In this document: one piece after another, positions 37,841-50,500 of the stretch
Position numbering within the stretch: the stretch's first letter is position 1
How the letters are laid out: each line of letters begins with the position of its first letter
Assembly (NCBI GenBank): GCA_038087875.1
Contig: JAXLNO010000483.1
Location: 1-64,000, forward strand
Source: Malacoraja senta
Lineage: Eukaryota
Direction of reading: 5' to 3'
Length of the DNA stretch: 64,000 bases
Notes under the pieces: model-generated
The model's input: only the letters and a program-made list of their open reading frames with translations
Databases searched by the model: none
Told to the model about the DNA's origin: nothing
Position numbers and translations under genes: made by a program

Positions 37841-40800
37841 CTGTTTTGATCAAGATGTTTTGCGGTAAAAATACAAATAATTCACTGGACATATTTGTTT
37901 GAGGAACAGTCTTAATAAATCAAAATGCCTGAATATAAATAGAACAATCCAAAATAGAATATCATCATGTTGTAATCTATTGTGCATCAAGGGGCACATT
38001 TTCTGTGTGACTTCAGGTTAAAGCCATGTGGAAATCAAAGTCACATACAAATGTTTGTTCCCACGTCAGAGCAGCAGGTGATTGATGGTCATGGAAATCT
38101 GAGCAGTCAATATTCCAAGGTCAGGAGTCAGATACTTTGTATTGCAGTTGTAGACTGCTGCCCATGGGGTGGCATGCATGATATTCACCATGCCTGAGCC
38201 ATGGTGTGTCACATATTCTCAACCCATGGGATGGTTCTATCGGCAGCATATTGAGCAGTGAGCCGACTATACTTGCTGCTGTCCCACTCATACTCATAGT
38301 GCTGCAGCAACAAGTAGGTCCCTACTGGCCGTGTGTCAAGCAGCACTGACTTGGATGTAATATAGGGTTCCCGTTATGTACTATACATTTGTTATATGAT
38401 TCTACAACTGTGAGTCAGACAGGATCTTTATAAAATTGGGTGAAGCTGGGTGACAATGGCAAGTGAGCAGGAATCTGCATCCTGGATGGCTGTTATCCCT
38501 GAGGACGAATACATTTCACCTGATGTCATCTGTTCCCCTATCCCCAAGCCTCATTTCAAATGATTTATTCATAGATGCAAGGAAATTTGTTTAAAAAAAA
38601 GTAATTTGGCTTACATTTGTACAATATAAATGGCAAGCCTTGCTTTCAGAATTTAAGCTTAAGTACTACTCCAGGTTTATTGGCTGTCCAAATTGTCAAA
38701 TTACTTTGAATAACTGTTAAAGGCTTTCGATAAGTTCCCACTTGTGGTCATTATCTTTGGGGTATAAGATCTGAGACAATTGGAGAATTGGCTGTGAGGC
38801 AGAAAGGAGGTTATGGGATACAGAAAGCAGGTTGTGACTTGTTGGGTGCCATAGTGGTCGGTGCTTATGTCCCAGCCAGTCACAATATACCGCAGGGCAA
38901 GATTAGATAGATTATTAAACTATAGTGAAATTGAAGGTTATGGAAGTTAGGTCGGGAAATTAGATGAAATTGAAGTTGGAATCAAATACTTCCGGCTGGC
39001 GCTGATAATGGCTGTCACGGTGTACTGCTCCTTGCTGTTTTGTATGTGTTTGTTCGTTTGTGTCGTCTGAAAATCCCACAAAGATTACTTTTATGAGACA
39101 GGTACTCATTAACATCAGGCATATGGTACCTCTAATCATCGTTCTGGATTTTAATCACTCGCTGGATTATTTGGACATACTCGTCGGCAGGGCAGTGGCT
39201 GCGTTCAATGTCATGAGACGGAGGAGGACCCTTGGGAAGCGCTCTGGAGCATTTACCCGACTCCGGCGACGAGGATTACGCATACTGTTCCCGAGTATAT
39301 TCCTTGCAAATCTACGTTCTCTCAACAACAAAGTGGACGAACTGCAACTCCTGCGCCAGACAAGGACTTCTCTCAAGCCGCTGCCCTGTGCTTCACCGAG
39401 ACCTGGCTGTGTAAGTCGACCCCAGACAATGCGATGCAACTGGCTGGCTTTCAACTACATAGAGCGGACCGCAGCGGGAGTCAGAGGCAGCGGGAAAATC
39501 AAGAGGTGGTGGGATATGCTTCTATATTAACAAGAACTAGTGCAGCGACATCACGGTACTGTCTAACTTCTGTTCTCCCAATCTAGAATCCTTGTTTATA
39601 AACTACAAACCCTTTTATTCTCAGAGCGAATTTAGCTCTCTTATTCTCGATGGAGTTTACATCACCCCCCCCCCCCCCCCAGCCTGCGTGTATGTGAGGC
39701 GCAAACGCAACTCACTGACGAGGTAATGAGGGTAGAGACTGACTTCCCGGACACCATGATCATTGTTTTGAGGGACTTCAACAAGACTGACCTCAGCCGA
39801 GACCTTCCAAATACAGACTTCGTGTAACCTGCCTCACCAGAGGGGAGAGAACACTCGATCACTGTTACACTTCAATCAAGAACGCATATCGCTCTGTTCC
39901 CCGGGCGGCTCTTTGATCATTGTTTAGTTCACCTTAGTCCGACCTACAGGCAGAAACTAAAATCTGCCAAGCCTGTGGCAGAACAATGGAAAGGTGGACA
40001 AGCGAGGGCATTGAAAACCATCAGTCCTGCTTTGACTGCACTGATTGGAATGTGTTCAGGGATGCAACCACAAGCCTCGATGAGTATACAGACACTGTGA
40101 CATCATATGTCAGCTTTTGTGAGGACAGTTGCATTCCCACTTGGACCGGGATCTGGTTCAACAATGACAAACCCTGGTTTACAGCAGAACTCAGACAGCT
40201 CTGCCAGTCTAAAGATGAGGCCTACAGGAGCGAGGATGCAGACCTCGACAGCAGGCCAAGTACAAGCTAAGAAGAGGAATCAGAGCTGCCAAGGAAAGGT
40301 ACTCTGAGAAGTTGAGGAGCAAGTTCACAACTAGTGACTCTTCTTCAGTTTGGAAGGGCTTGCAAGAAATCACCAGCTACAAGAGGAAAATCCCCCACTC
40401 CTTGGACAATCGTCAGCTGACTAACGACCTGAACGAGTTCTACTGCAGGTTCGATAAACAGAAACATAACCCTGGTACCCCCTCCCCCAACCAACACCAC
40501 ACCTACTCACAGCCTGACTCAAGTCTGCAAAGATTGGGCCCTTTCCCACCCACCCCTCTCCAATCTCCACTTAACAGCCACGTACAACCTTACTCCAGTC
40601 TGTAAAGACTGGGCCCTCGTCCACTACCCACCCCCTCCTTGCTGCCCAACATCAGTCTGGTCACTTCTCCATCACCAACAATAGAAATTGAGGAGGTGGA
40701 GAGGCTATTCAGAAGACAGAAAAGCCGGAAATCACCAGGACCGGACAATGTTACCCCCTCTACCCACCAGCTCTGTGCCGAACACTGGCACCAGTCTACA

Positions 40801-41105
40801 CAGACATTTCAACCAGTCCCTGCAAACCTGTACTGTCCCTGCCTGCGTCAAAGTCTCCACTATTGTTCCTGCACCCCAAAACACAAGGATTACTGCTCTT
40901 AAAGACTACAGGCCTGTCGCACTGACCTCTGTAGTCATGAAGACCCTTGAAAGACTTGTGCTGGCCAAGCTGAAAAATGTCACAAACTGGACCCTCTGCA
41001 ATTTGCATACCGGGCCAATAGATCAGTGGATGACGCAGTCAACCTAGGCCTGCACTTCATCCTCCAGCACCTAGACCGCCAGGGGACTTATGCAAGGAAT
41101 TTGTT

Positions 41106-42416
41106 TAAGAAGGAACTGCAGATGCTGGAAAATCGAAGGTAGACAAAAATGCTGGAGAAACTCAGCGGGTGAGGCAGCATCTATGGAGGGAAGGAAATAG
41201 GCAACGTTTCAGGTCAAAACCCTTCTTCTTCAGACTGATGTGAGGGTGGGGGGAGGCGGGAAGAAGAAAGGAAGAGGTGGAGCCAGTGGGCTGAGGGAGA
41301 GCTGAGAAAGTAAGGACTACCTGAAATTGGAGAAGTCAATGTTCATACCGCTGGGGTGCAAACTGCCCAAGCGAAATATGAGGTGCTGCTCCTCCAATTT
41401 ACGGTGGTCCTCACTCTGACCAGAGGAGGCCCAGGACAGAAAGGTCGGATTCAGAATGGGAGGGGGAGTTGAAGTGCTGAGCCACCGGGAGATCAGGTTG
41501 GTTATTGCGAACCGAGCGGAGGTGTTCGGCGAAGCGATCGCTAAGCCTACGCTTGGTCTCACCGATGTAGAGCAGCTGACATCTAGAGTAGCGGATGCAA
41601 TAGATGAGGTTGGAGGAGGTGCAGGTGAACCTCTGCCGCACCTCTCCCACAACAAATAATCCTCCGTCATTTTCGCCACCTCCAACGTGACCCCACCACT
41701 TGCCACATCTTCCCATCTCCTCCCCTGTCTGCTTTCCACAGAGACCGCTCTCTCCGTAACTCCATGGTCAATTCGTCCCTTTCCACCTGTACTACCCCCT
41801 CTCCTGGCACTTTCCCTTGCAACCGCAAGAAATGCTACACTTGTCGCTTTACCTCCCCCCTTGACTCCATTCAAGGACCCAAGCAGTCCTTCCAGATGCG
41901 GCAGAGGTTCACCAGCACCTCCTCCAACCTCATCTATTGCATCCGCTGCTCTAGATGTCAGCTGCTCTACATCGGTGAGACCAAGCGTAGGCTTGGTGAT
42001 CACTTCGCCGAACACCTCTGCTCGGTTTGCAATAACCAACCTGATCTCCCGGTGGCTCAGCACTTCAACTTCCCTTCTCATTCCGAATCTGACCTTTCTG
42101 TCCTGGGCCTCCTCCATGGCTGGAGTGAGGACCACCGTAAATTGGAGGAGCAGCACCTCATATTTCGCTTGGGCAGTTTGCACCCCAGCGGTATGAACAT
42201 TGATTTCTCTAATTTCAGGTAGTCCTTTAATTTCTCCTCCCCTTCTCAGCTCTCCCTCAGCCCACAGGCTCCACCTCTTCTTTTCTTCTTTCCGCCCCCC
42301 CCCCCCCCCCACCCTCACATCAGTCTGAAGAAGTGTTTCGACCCGAAACGTTGCCTATTTCCTTCGCTCCATAGATGCTGCCTCACCCGCTGAGTTTCTC
42401 CAGCATTTTTGCCTAC
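41106..42416. mobile_element. Penelope-like insertion made of two inverted 3' halves
   Basis: Minus copy ~41106-41650 and plus copy ~41651-42416, both with NLIYCIR..RCQLLYIGETKRRL; 13-bp TSD caaggaatttgtt at 41093-41105 and 42417-42429. Confidence 0.9.
42325..42352 (+). ncRNA. Minimal type-I hammerhead ribozyme motif (representative copy)
   Basis: CUGAAGA, short stem II, GAAA, CGUU. Other copies at 665, 1627, 5960, 26530, 55075 (plus) and 17740, 41233, 48554, 54560, 59955 (minus). Confidence 0.65.
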
Positions 42417-43929
42417 CAAGGAATTTGTTGATTTTAGCTCTGCATTCAACACCATTGTGCCAGAGCTACTACACTCTAAACTCTCCAAGTTGACTGTGCC
42501 TGAACCCCTCTGACAGTTGATCACGAACTTCCTGAGACAGGAAGCAGCATGTGAGGCTGGGAAAGCACATCTCGGACCCGCAGACCCTCAGCATAGGAGC
42601 GATGGCTGCGTACTCTCTCCTCTCCTTTACTCTCTCTACACAGACGACTGCACCTCCACAGACTCATCTGTCAAGCTTCCCAAGTTTGCGGACAACACAA
42701 TGCTGATTGGACTGATCTAGGATGGGGAGAAATCTGCCTACCGACAGGAAGTGACACAGCTGGTGTCCTGGTGCCTTCGTAACAATCTGGAGCTCAATGC
42801 TCTTAAGACAATGGAATTGATAGTAGACTTTAGGAGAGCCTCCCCTCCCCCCACTCACCATCAACAACACCACAGTCACATCTGTGGAGTTTTTTAAGTT
42901 CCTTGGAATGATCATCTCCAAGGACCTAAAATGGGGGGCCACCATCGACTGTAGTCAAAAAGGCACAACAGAAGATGTACTTCCTGCTGCAGCTGAGGAA
43001 ACACAATCTGCCGCAGGCAATGATGGTCCAATTCTATACTGCCATCGTAGAGTCTGTCCTCACCTTCTCCATCATGGTCTGGTTTGGCTGAGCCACCAAG
43101 CACGACATCCGGAGGCTGCAGTGAATCGTCCGATCAGCTGAGAAGGCTGCAACCTTCCCTCCATTGATGAACTGTACACTTCAAGGGCCAGGAAGCGAGC
43201 AGGTAAGATCATCTCTGACCCCTCTCACCCTGGCCACAAACTCTTTGAAGCACTTCCCTCTGGAAGGCGACTCCGGACTGTCAAAGCGCCGCAACCAGAC
43301 TTAAAAACAGCTTTTTTTTCCACAGGTAGTAGCTCTACTCAATAACCAAACGTCTGTAGCCTCCTTTTGCTCTGGTATTTTATTTCATTCACATGTTTAA
43401 ACTATAATGTTTTATTATTAATGGTTAAAGTTTTATGTGTCATTCTTAATTGTTACTGTATGTCGTGTTGTTATTTGCGATGGGAGCACCAAGGCAAATT
43501 TCTTGTATGTGTACATACTTGGCCAATAAACGTATTCATTCATTCATTCATCTTATTGAATGATGTAACACTTTCTAGGGTCTGTATAGTTTACTTCAGC
43601 TCTTGATTCCCAATTGTTTATGTGTGATGAAAGCCCACAGCAAATTTGACTGTTTTGAGTTGAATTCAAGCAAAGATGTTTTCAAGAACAATGAGAAAAT
43701 TCAGTTATTGCACGTAATGTGCTTTATATCCACTGTTATTAGAAAACACAGAATAATTTAGAGTTGCTGTGTATAAAATAGTATTCAAAGTTTTAAAAAG
43801 CTTACTGCACCTGAAATATGAGCTTTTTGATAATGAGCCTGTGGTGTTCTCTGTTGTTAACCCTGTTTGCAGCATCAAACTGGTGTTTCTTTTAAGTAGA
43901 ATTTACTTTCAATTCATTCTGCAGAATAT

Positions 43930-45350
43930 AGTCACAGCATCACACATCAAGGAAACAAGCCATTTGCCCCAACTTGTCCATGCTAACCTATGGACATCCT
44001 TCCGTTTTAATCCCATCTCCCAGCACATGACCCATACTTTCCTGTGCCAATGCAATTCATGTGCTCATCTAGGCTCTTCTTAAATGCTGTTGGTGAACCA
44101 TCTACAACCACTCCCTTAGCGTATGCATAATAGGTACATGGCACTATGGGTGAAATAGGACCCTCTTATATCCCCTCTAAATTTCTTCCCTTTAGTCTAA
44201 ATTTGTTGTCCAATTCCATCAACTTCTAGGTGGAAAATGCTTCTTGTAGTTTGCTCCATCTATACCCTTCATAATTATAAATACTTCAATCATGTCGCCT
44301 CAACCTCGTCCGCTCCAGGGAGAATAGACTTGGCTTCTCCAATCTCTCCTCATAACTGAGTCGCTCTCTCCCAGGCAACATCCTGATGAATTTCAGTGAT
44401 ATCACATGCTTCCTATAGCATGATGACCAGAACTGCGTGCAGTACTCCAGCTGAAGTCTGACTAAGATTTTTCAAAGGTGGAGCAAAACTGCACTACTTT
44501 TGTATTCAAAGTCTCCCCGCAACCTCTAGCTTTCCAGAAAAAACTATTCAAGAATGTCGAACCTCTCCCTGCAGCTATCACCACCTAATCCAGGCATCAT
44601 TCTGGTAAGCCGCCACTACTCTTTCCAAATCCTCCACATCCTTCCTGTTATGGGGTGACCAGAATTGCACACAATGTTCCAAATGCAGCCTAAACAAAGT
44701 CCTATAAAGCTGCATCATGACTTCCTGACTTATACTCAGTGACACAAATGAAACCAAACATACCATATGCCTTCTTCACCACTCTATCTACTTGTGTTGC
44801 CAGTTTCAGGAAGTTATAGATTCCTCTGTACATCAATGCTGTTAAGGGTCATGTCATTGTTTGTATATTATTCCGTTACATTTGACCTCCCAAAGTGCAA
44901 CACTTCACACTTGCTGGAATTAAAATGTATCTGCCGTTTCTCCACCCATTTCTGTAGATGATCTACATCCCGCTGAAATATTTGACAACCTTCCTCACAG
45001 TCTGCGACTCCTGCAATCTTGATACCATCTGCAAACTTAGTAACCAACCTGTCTACATTTATGTCCCAAGTCATTTATGTATATCACAAATAGTAGATGT
45101 CCTGGCACAGATCCTTGCAGAACTCCACTGGTCACAGATCTCCAGCCAGCCAGTTTGATGTGTGCCGCCATAACCCTCTATTTTCCATCAATAAACCAGT
45201 TCCGAATCCTTACAAGCAAGTCACTGTTGATTCTCTGCATCTTTATCTTCTGGGTCTTACTATTATGGGGGACTTAATCAATTGCCTTATGAAAAGCCAC
45301 ATAGACAACATCCACTGCCCTACTGTCATTGATCACCTTCGTCACCTTAA
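43930..45350 (-). mobile_element. Stacked CR1-like LINE fragments
   Basis: KFADGIKIAG, FNSSKCEVLHFGR, LYRTLFRLHLEHCVQFWSP motifs on minus. Confidence 0.75.
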
Positions 45351-46159
45351 AAAATCTCGAATGCTCTGTGCTCATAGAATATCACGCCTTTGCAGCCTTA
45401 CAACAAGCTGTCAGTAACTGAGATTTCAGAGTCTCATGATTAAAGGCTCATAATTAATTCATTTCAGGCAGGTCTCATTCCAATAAAGATTCTCAACTTC
45501 CAAGAGCTTCAATGGAAATTTATTATATATCATACCTATATTATCAGGTAGAGTTCATTTAGAGCTCAACTTCTGTAACTGATCTCTCAAAAACTGCAGT
45601 AACTTATTATTTTCAATGAGCTGTTACACTGACGCTTATCTTTTATGTTGACATAAAAACTCCCACAACGGCATCTGAAGTAAAGTTCTCCTGTAGTACT
45701 GAACAGCATTTGTACATTAGAACAGTAACTTCGCTTTGAAAGTGCTTCATCAATTGTGAAGTGTTTTGGGCTCCTGAAATAGTGAAGGTTGCTTATAGAC
45801 TGAATGAATACTAGTTATTTTCTCTTGAACTTTATGATCAAAGACAGCTTCAATTCTTGGTATGATCCAGTGAATCAACACTTGCTCCTGTTAATTCCAG
45901 AGAAACGTTAGCTTAGACACAAATGCGAAAACATTTTGTTCCTTAGAATGTTCGGGAATTTTAACATGAAGTAGCCATCTCTTCATTATGTCACTTTAGA
46001 AATAAAATAAAAAGCACCTTTGTACATAGAGCTGTATAAACAGGCTGAATTGCACACTTCTTTGACACTGCTTTTGACGTTAACAAAATAGAATAACCAT
46101 TGTCATGATCAAATTTATGTGAATTTTGAATATGTATGATCAAGGAGTCTTTAAGCGCA

Positions 46160-46345
46160 CGGGTAGAATACATAGAATACACAGAAAATAGGTGCAGGAG
46201 TAGGCCATTCGGCCCTTCGAGCCTGCACCGCCATTCAATATGATCATGGCTGATCATCCAACTCAGTATCCCGTACCTGCCTTCTCTCCATACCCCCTGA
46301 TCCCTTTAGCCACAAGGGCCACATCTAACTCCCTCTTAAATATAC
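46160..46345 (-). mobile_element. CR1 3' end
   Basis: Reverse complement of the 29220-29360 CR1 3' UTR, with a tagaataca-type tail. Confidence 0.8.
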
Positions 46346-46851
46346 TTTCACTGCATCCTATAAATGTATTGTCGAACCAACAGTCTTGACTCAGCAGTTC
46401 ACACTTTAGATGTAGAGTCCCAGACCATTAATGAAATGCTGGAGATTCCAATTTTTGACTGCGATTGAATCTTGACTCTCCAGTCAATATAAATATTCAG
46501 TGCACAGTTTCAAAGAAGAGCAAGTGAAGTAATGTATCAAAACAATGTGTAGTTATATCTAGCCTTTAAGATGGCAAATAAATCTCAAGGCACCTGAGAG
46601 ACATGGTAGGAAATAAAATTTGATAGCAAGCCAATAAGGAGATGTTAATGCAAATTCAGAGGCATATTTTTTAAATGGAAATTGACCTCTACTTCGGGAA
46701 AGGATGTTAGATTGGTAGAATGGTTCAGAGGAAAACATTTTGAGGTTGGGGACATTGGAAGTTGAAGGCATCGCTGCAAATTATTTAGCTACAAAATTGC
46801 AGGATGGATAAGCACAAATATCTTAGAAGTTTGAGAACCAAAAATTGCAAA

Positions 46852-48461
46852 TCTATACATAACTCAAACTCTGATCTTGTTATCTTCCGGTTTGTGCGGT
46901 CTTTCTATTTCCACAAAAACGGTTTGTGATAGCGCTACGATTTTTTGCCAGTTCACTCACCGTTCTCCTATGCTGCGATTGCACTACGTTCCGATCGGAT
47001 TAATGTCGTAAAAATTAGCGAGGTTTAAAAAAATCGTACAAACCGCACGTATGCAGATCGATCTCTTCTGCCGTTCAGCACTGCGCGGATTAGTCTCTTC
47101 CCCTGTCGCTCACCGGGATGGTCCGCCCCTTTTGCGCCATCACGTCTTTACTGGACCTGCGGAGGTTTCCAACCGAACACAATTTTCAGAGGGACCTGAA
47201 GCAGCCCAGCCCCAAGCAACACAGACCCGAGCAGCCCAGCGTCGGAGACCCAGCCCAGCTTCGGAGACCCGACCCAACCCAGCATCGGAGGCCTTGCCCA
47301 GCCCATCGTGGGAGACCCAGCCCAGCCCAGTCGGAGACCCAGCCCAGCCCAGAGTCGGAGACCCAGCCCAGCCCAGAGTCGGAGACCCAGCCCAGAGTCG
47401 GAAACCCAGCCAAGCCCGGAGGTGTCGCCTATGTCCCAAACGGAAAGCGGCTACTCTGATTCCGGCAGAGGAGAACGACCAGCACCCGCTGTGAGTCCCC
47501 ATCGCACCGCCAATTCCAGCCACTACCCCTCGGGTCCCCCTCGCTGGCTCCTCCGCCCTCTCCTGTGATACCGCCCTCTCGCCCATGGCTCTTCCCCATC
47601 TTTTCTCCAACCTCACTCCCCCCTCCCACACACCCCTCTCCCCCACAACTCCCCCCGCCCACTCACTCCTCTGCCCCCACAACTCTCCCCGCCCACAACT
47701 CCCCCCCACCCACAACCCCGATCTCCCCATAACAACCCCTCCCGCCCACACACACCCCCGCCCACACCTCCCCCCGCACACAACCCACCTGCCCCCACAC
47801 CCCCCCGCACACAACCCCCCTGCCCCAACACCCCCCCCGCCCCCACACCTTCTCTGCCTCCAAACCCCCCCCTACACACCTCTCTACCCACAACTCCCCC
47901 CCGCCCACACAGCCCCCTCCCCTACAACTACCCCCGCCCACGACGCCCATCCCCCCACAACACACCCATCCCCCACAACCCCCCGCCCACATCCCACCCC
48001 CCGCGCACACACCCCCCGTGCACACACCCTCGCCCACACCCCCCCTGCCCACACACACCCCCAGCCCCACAACCTCCCACCCCCACCCCTCCTCCCCTCC
48101 CACCCCACACCCCTCCTCCTCTCCCACCCCACACCCCTCCTCCCCTCCCACCCCACACCCCTCCTCCTCTCCCACCCCACACCCCTCCTCCCCTCCCACA
48201 CCACACCCTCCCTCCCGCCACACACCCCACTTCCCTCCCCCCCGCCCCTCCTCCCCTCCCACAAATGAAGAGGTGGAGGAGGGAGTGCTCGGGGATGAGG
48301 GGAAATGAGCCGCGCCTGCGCAGTGTGGGGCTATGGGTGAGTGGTGGAATATTCCGTTGTGTGAACGGTTTGGTTTGGGGGAACGGGTGAATGGTGGAAT
48401 ATTGTGTTGGGGGACCAGGCCTCCCGTGTGACTGGCACCCAACAGATTCCACTTAGTCTTG
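46852..48461 (+). mobile_element. Probable non-autonomous Helitron with internal tandem and C-rich repeats
   Basis: Sits between A and T with no TSD. 5' TCTATAC; 3' degenerate hairpin (ggcacccaacagattcc) then ttagtcttg (CTAG-like). Internal cccagcccagagtcggaga repeats at 47230-47420. Confidence 0.6.
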
Positions 48462-48789
48462 TCTGAAATAAAACTGAAAATTCTAGTATCGAATCAGGCA
48501 GTATCTAGGGAAAGAGTAACTGAGTTAACGTTTCATATCAAAGACCATTCATCAGAATTGGTAAGGACAGAAAAACAGTTAATGTGAGGCTGCAGCGAGG
48601 ATGGAGAAAGAATGCAGAGGAGAAAGGGAATATCTCTGAGGCCAATCATGCCCTGTAAATATAAGATATAGGAATGATGGGTTAATGGGGGCAGTTTGGG
48701 AAGGGGAACCTCGTCCTTTCTTTGTTAAAGCTATGGAATGTTGCCAGTTAGAGAGAATGCAGACAAAGGAATGTAAGACTTATCTAATG

Positions 48790-48951
48790 TATAGACGTAT
48801 CTTGCATTAAATGTTGTACCCTTTATCGATTTTCTGTGGACTGCAGATGTTTGATCGTATTCATGTATAGTTTTTTTCTTTGACTGGATAGCATGCCATC
48901 AAAAAGCTTTTCACTGTACCTCGGTACACATGACAATAAACTAGACTAAAC
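48790..48951 (+). mobile_element. Isolated Rex1-like 3' UTR fragment
   Basis: Matches 15075-15229 (aaaagcttttcactgtacctcggtacac.tgacaataaact). Confidence 0.7.
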
Positions 48952-49059
48952 ATCAGGCTTCAAAAAAAGTTTCAAGCTCAATTACTGGCCTGATACTTTC
49001 CTTTGCATTCCTTCCCCAACCTTCTTGCAGATGAATACTAACTGTGAATAAATACTATA

Positions 49060-50500
49060 CTCTGGGTTAGTTCCTGTGGACTGAAGGGTAGCTAATGTAA
49101 CCCCACTTTTTAAGGAAGGAGAGAGAAAAAGGGGAATTATAAACCAGTTAGACTGACATCGGTAGTGGGAAAAAGCTGGAGTTGATTATTAAAGATGTAA
49201 CCGCAGCGCATTTGGAAAGCACGGACAGGATCGGTCAACATCAGCATGGATTTATGAAAGAAAACCATGCTTGACTAATCTTCTGGAATTTTTTGAGGAT
49301 GTAACAAGTAGAATGTCTAAGGGAGAGACAGTGGAAGTGGTGTATCTGGACTTTCAAAAAGCCTTTTACAAGGTCCCACACAAGAGATTAGTGTGCAAAA
49401 TTAGAGCACATGGTATTGGGGGTAGGGTATTGACATGGATAGAGAACTGGTTGGCAGACAGGAAGCAAAGAGTATGAATTAACGGGTCCTTATCAGAATG
49501 GCAGGCAGTGGCGAGTGGAGTGCCGCAAGGCCCCAGTTATTTACAATATATATTAACAATTTAGTCGAGGGAATTAAATGTGACATCTCCAAGTTTGAGG
49601 ATGACACAAAACTGGGTGGCAGTGTGAGCTGCAAGGAGGATGCTATGAGGCTGCAGGGTGACTTCGATAGGCTGGGTGAGTGGGCAGATGCATGGCAGAT
49701 GCGGATAAATGTGAGTTTATCCACTTTGGTGGCAAGAACAGGAAGGCAGATTATTATCTGAATGGTGTCAAATTAGGAAAAGGAGAGGTACAATGAGACC
49801 TGGGTGTCCTTGTACATCAGTCACTGAAAATAAGGATGCAGGTACAGCAGGCATTGAAGAAAGTTAATGGTATGTTGGCCTTGATTGCGAGAGGATTTGA
49901 GTTTAGGAGTAAATAGGTCCTACTGCAGTTGTTCAGGGCCTGATGAGACCGCACCTGGAGTATTGTGTGGAGTTTTAGTCTCCTAATTTGAGGAATTGCA
50001 TTATTGCTATTGAGGGAGTGCAGCATAGGTTCAGCAGGTTAATTCCCGGGATGGCGGGACTGACATATGATGAAAGAATGCTCGACTGGGCTTGTATTCA
50101 CTGGAATTGAGAAGAATGAGAGGGGATCTTATGTAAACATAAAATTCTTAAAGGATTAGATAGGCTAGATGCAGGAAAAATGTCCCTGATGTTGGGGGTC
50201 CAGAACCAGGGGTCACAGTTTAAGAATAAAGGGTAGACCATTTCGGACTGAAATGAGGAAAGGTATTTTCACCCAGAGAGTTGTGAATCTGTGGAATTCG
50301 CTGCCACAGAGGGCAGTGGAGGCCAATTCACTGGATGTTTTCAGAGAGAGTTAGATTTAACTCTTAGGGCTAAAGGAATCGGGATATGGGGAAAAAGCAG
50401 GAACGGTGTACTGATTTTGGATGATCAGCCATGATCATATTGGCTGGCTCGAAGGGCCGAATGGCCTACTCCTGCACCTATTTTCTATGTTTCTCTATTT
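49060..50500 (+). mobile_element. 5'-truncated CR1-like LINE
   Basis: RVANVTPLFK, QHGF, CLTNLLEFFE, YLDFQKAF, SKFEDDTKLGG motifs; CR1 3' UTR with tttctatg tail. Confidence 0.9.

Larger units (their letters stand above)
38989..43551 (+). mobile_element. Near full-length degraded Rex1/Babar-like LINE
   Basis: 5' cttccgg...ataatggc; endonuclease [46 protein letters not shown]; (catt)n tail. Interrupted at 41106-42416. Confidence 0.88.

Noticed and set aside
41317..42318. 333-aa minus-strand ORF
   Set aside because: Read-through across the inverted Penelope pair; about two-thirds is antisense translation.
47051..48452. Long Pro/His- and Gly-rich ORFs, superficially like a formin FH1 poly-proline region
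   Set aside because: Translations of C-rich low-complexity DNA inside a repeat; FH1 would lie upstream of the FH2 exon, not downstream.
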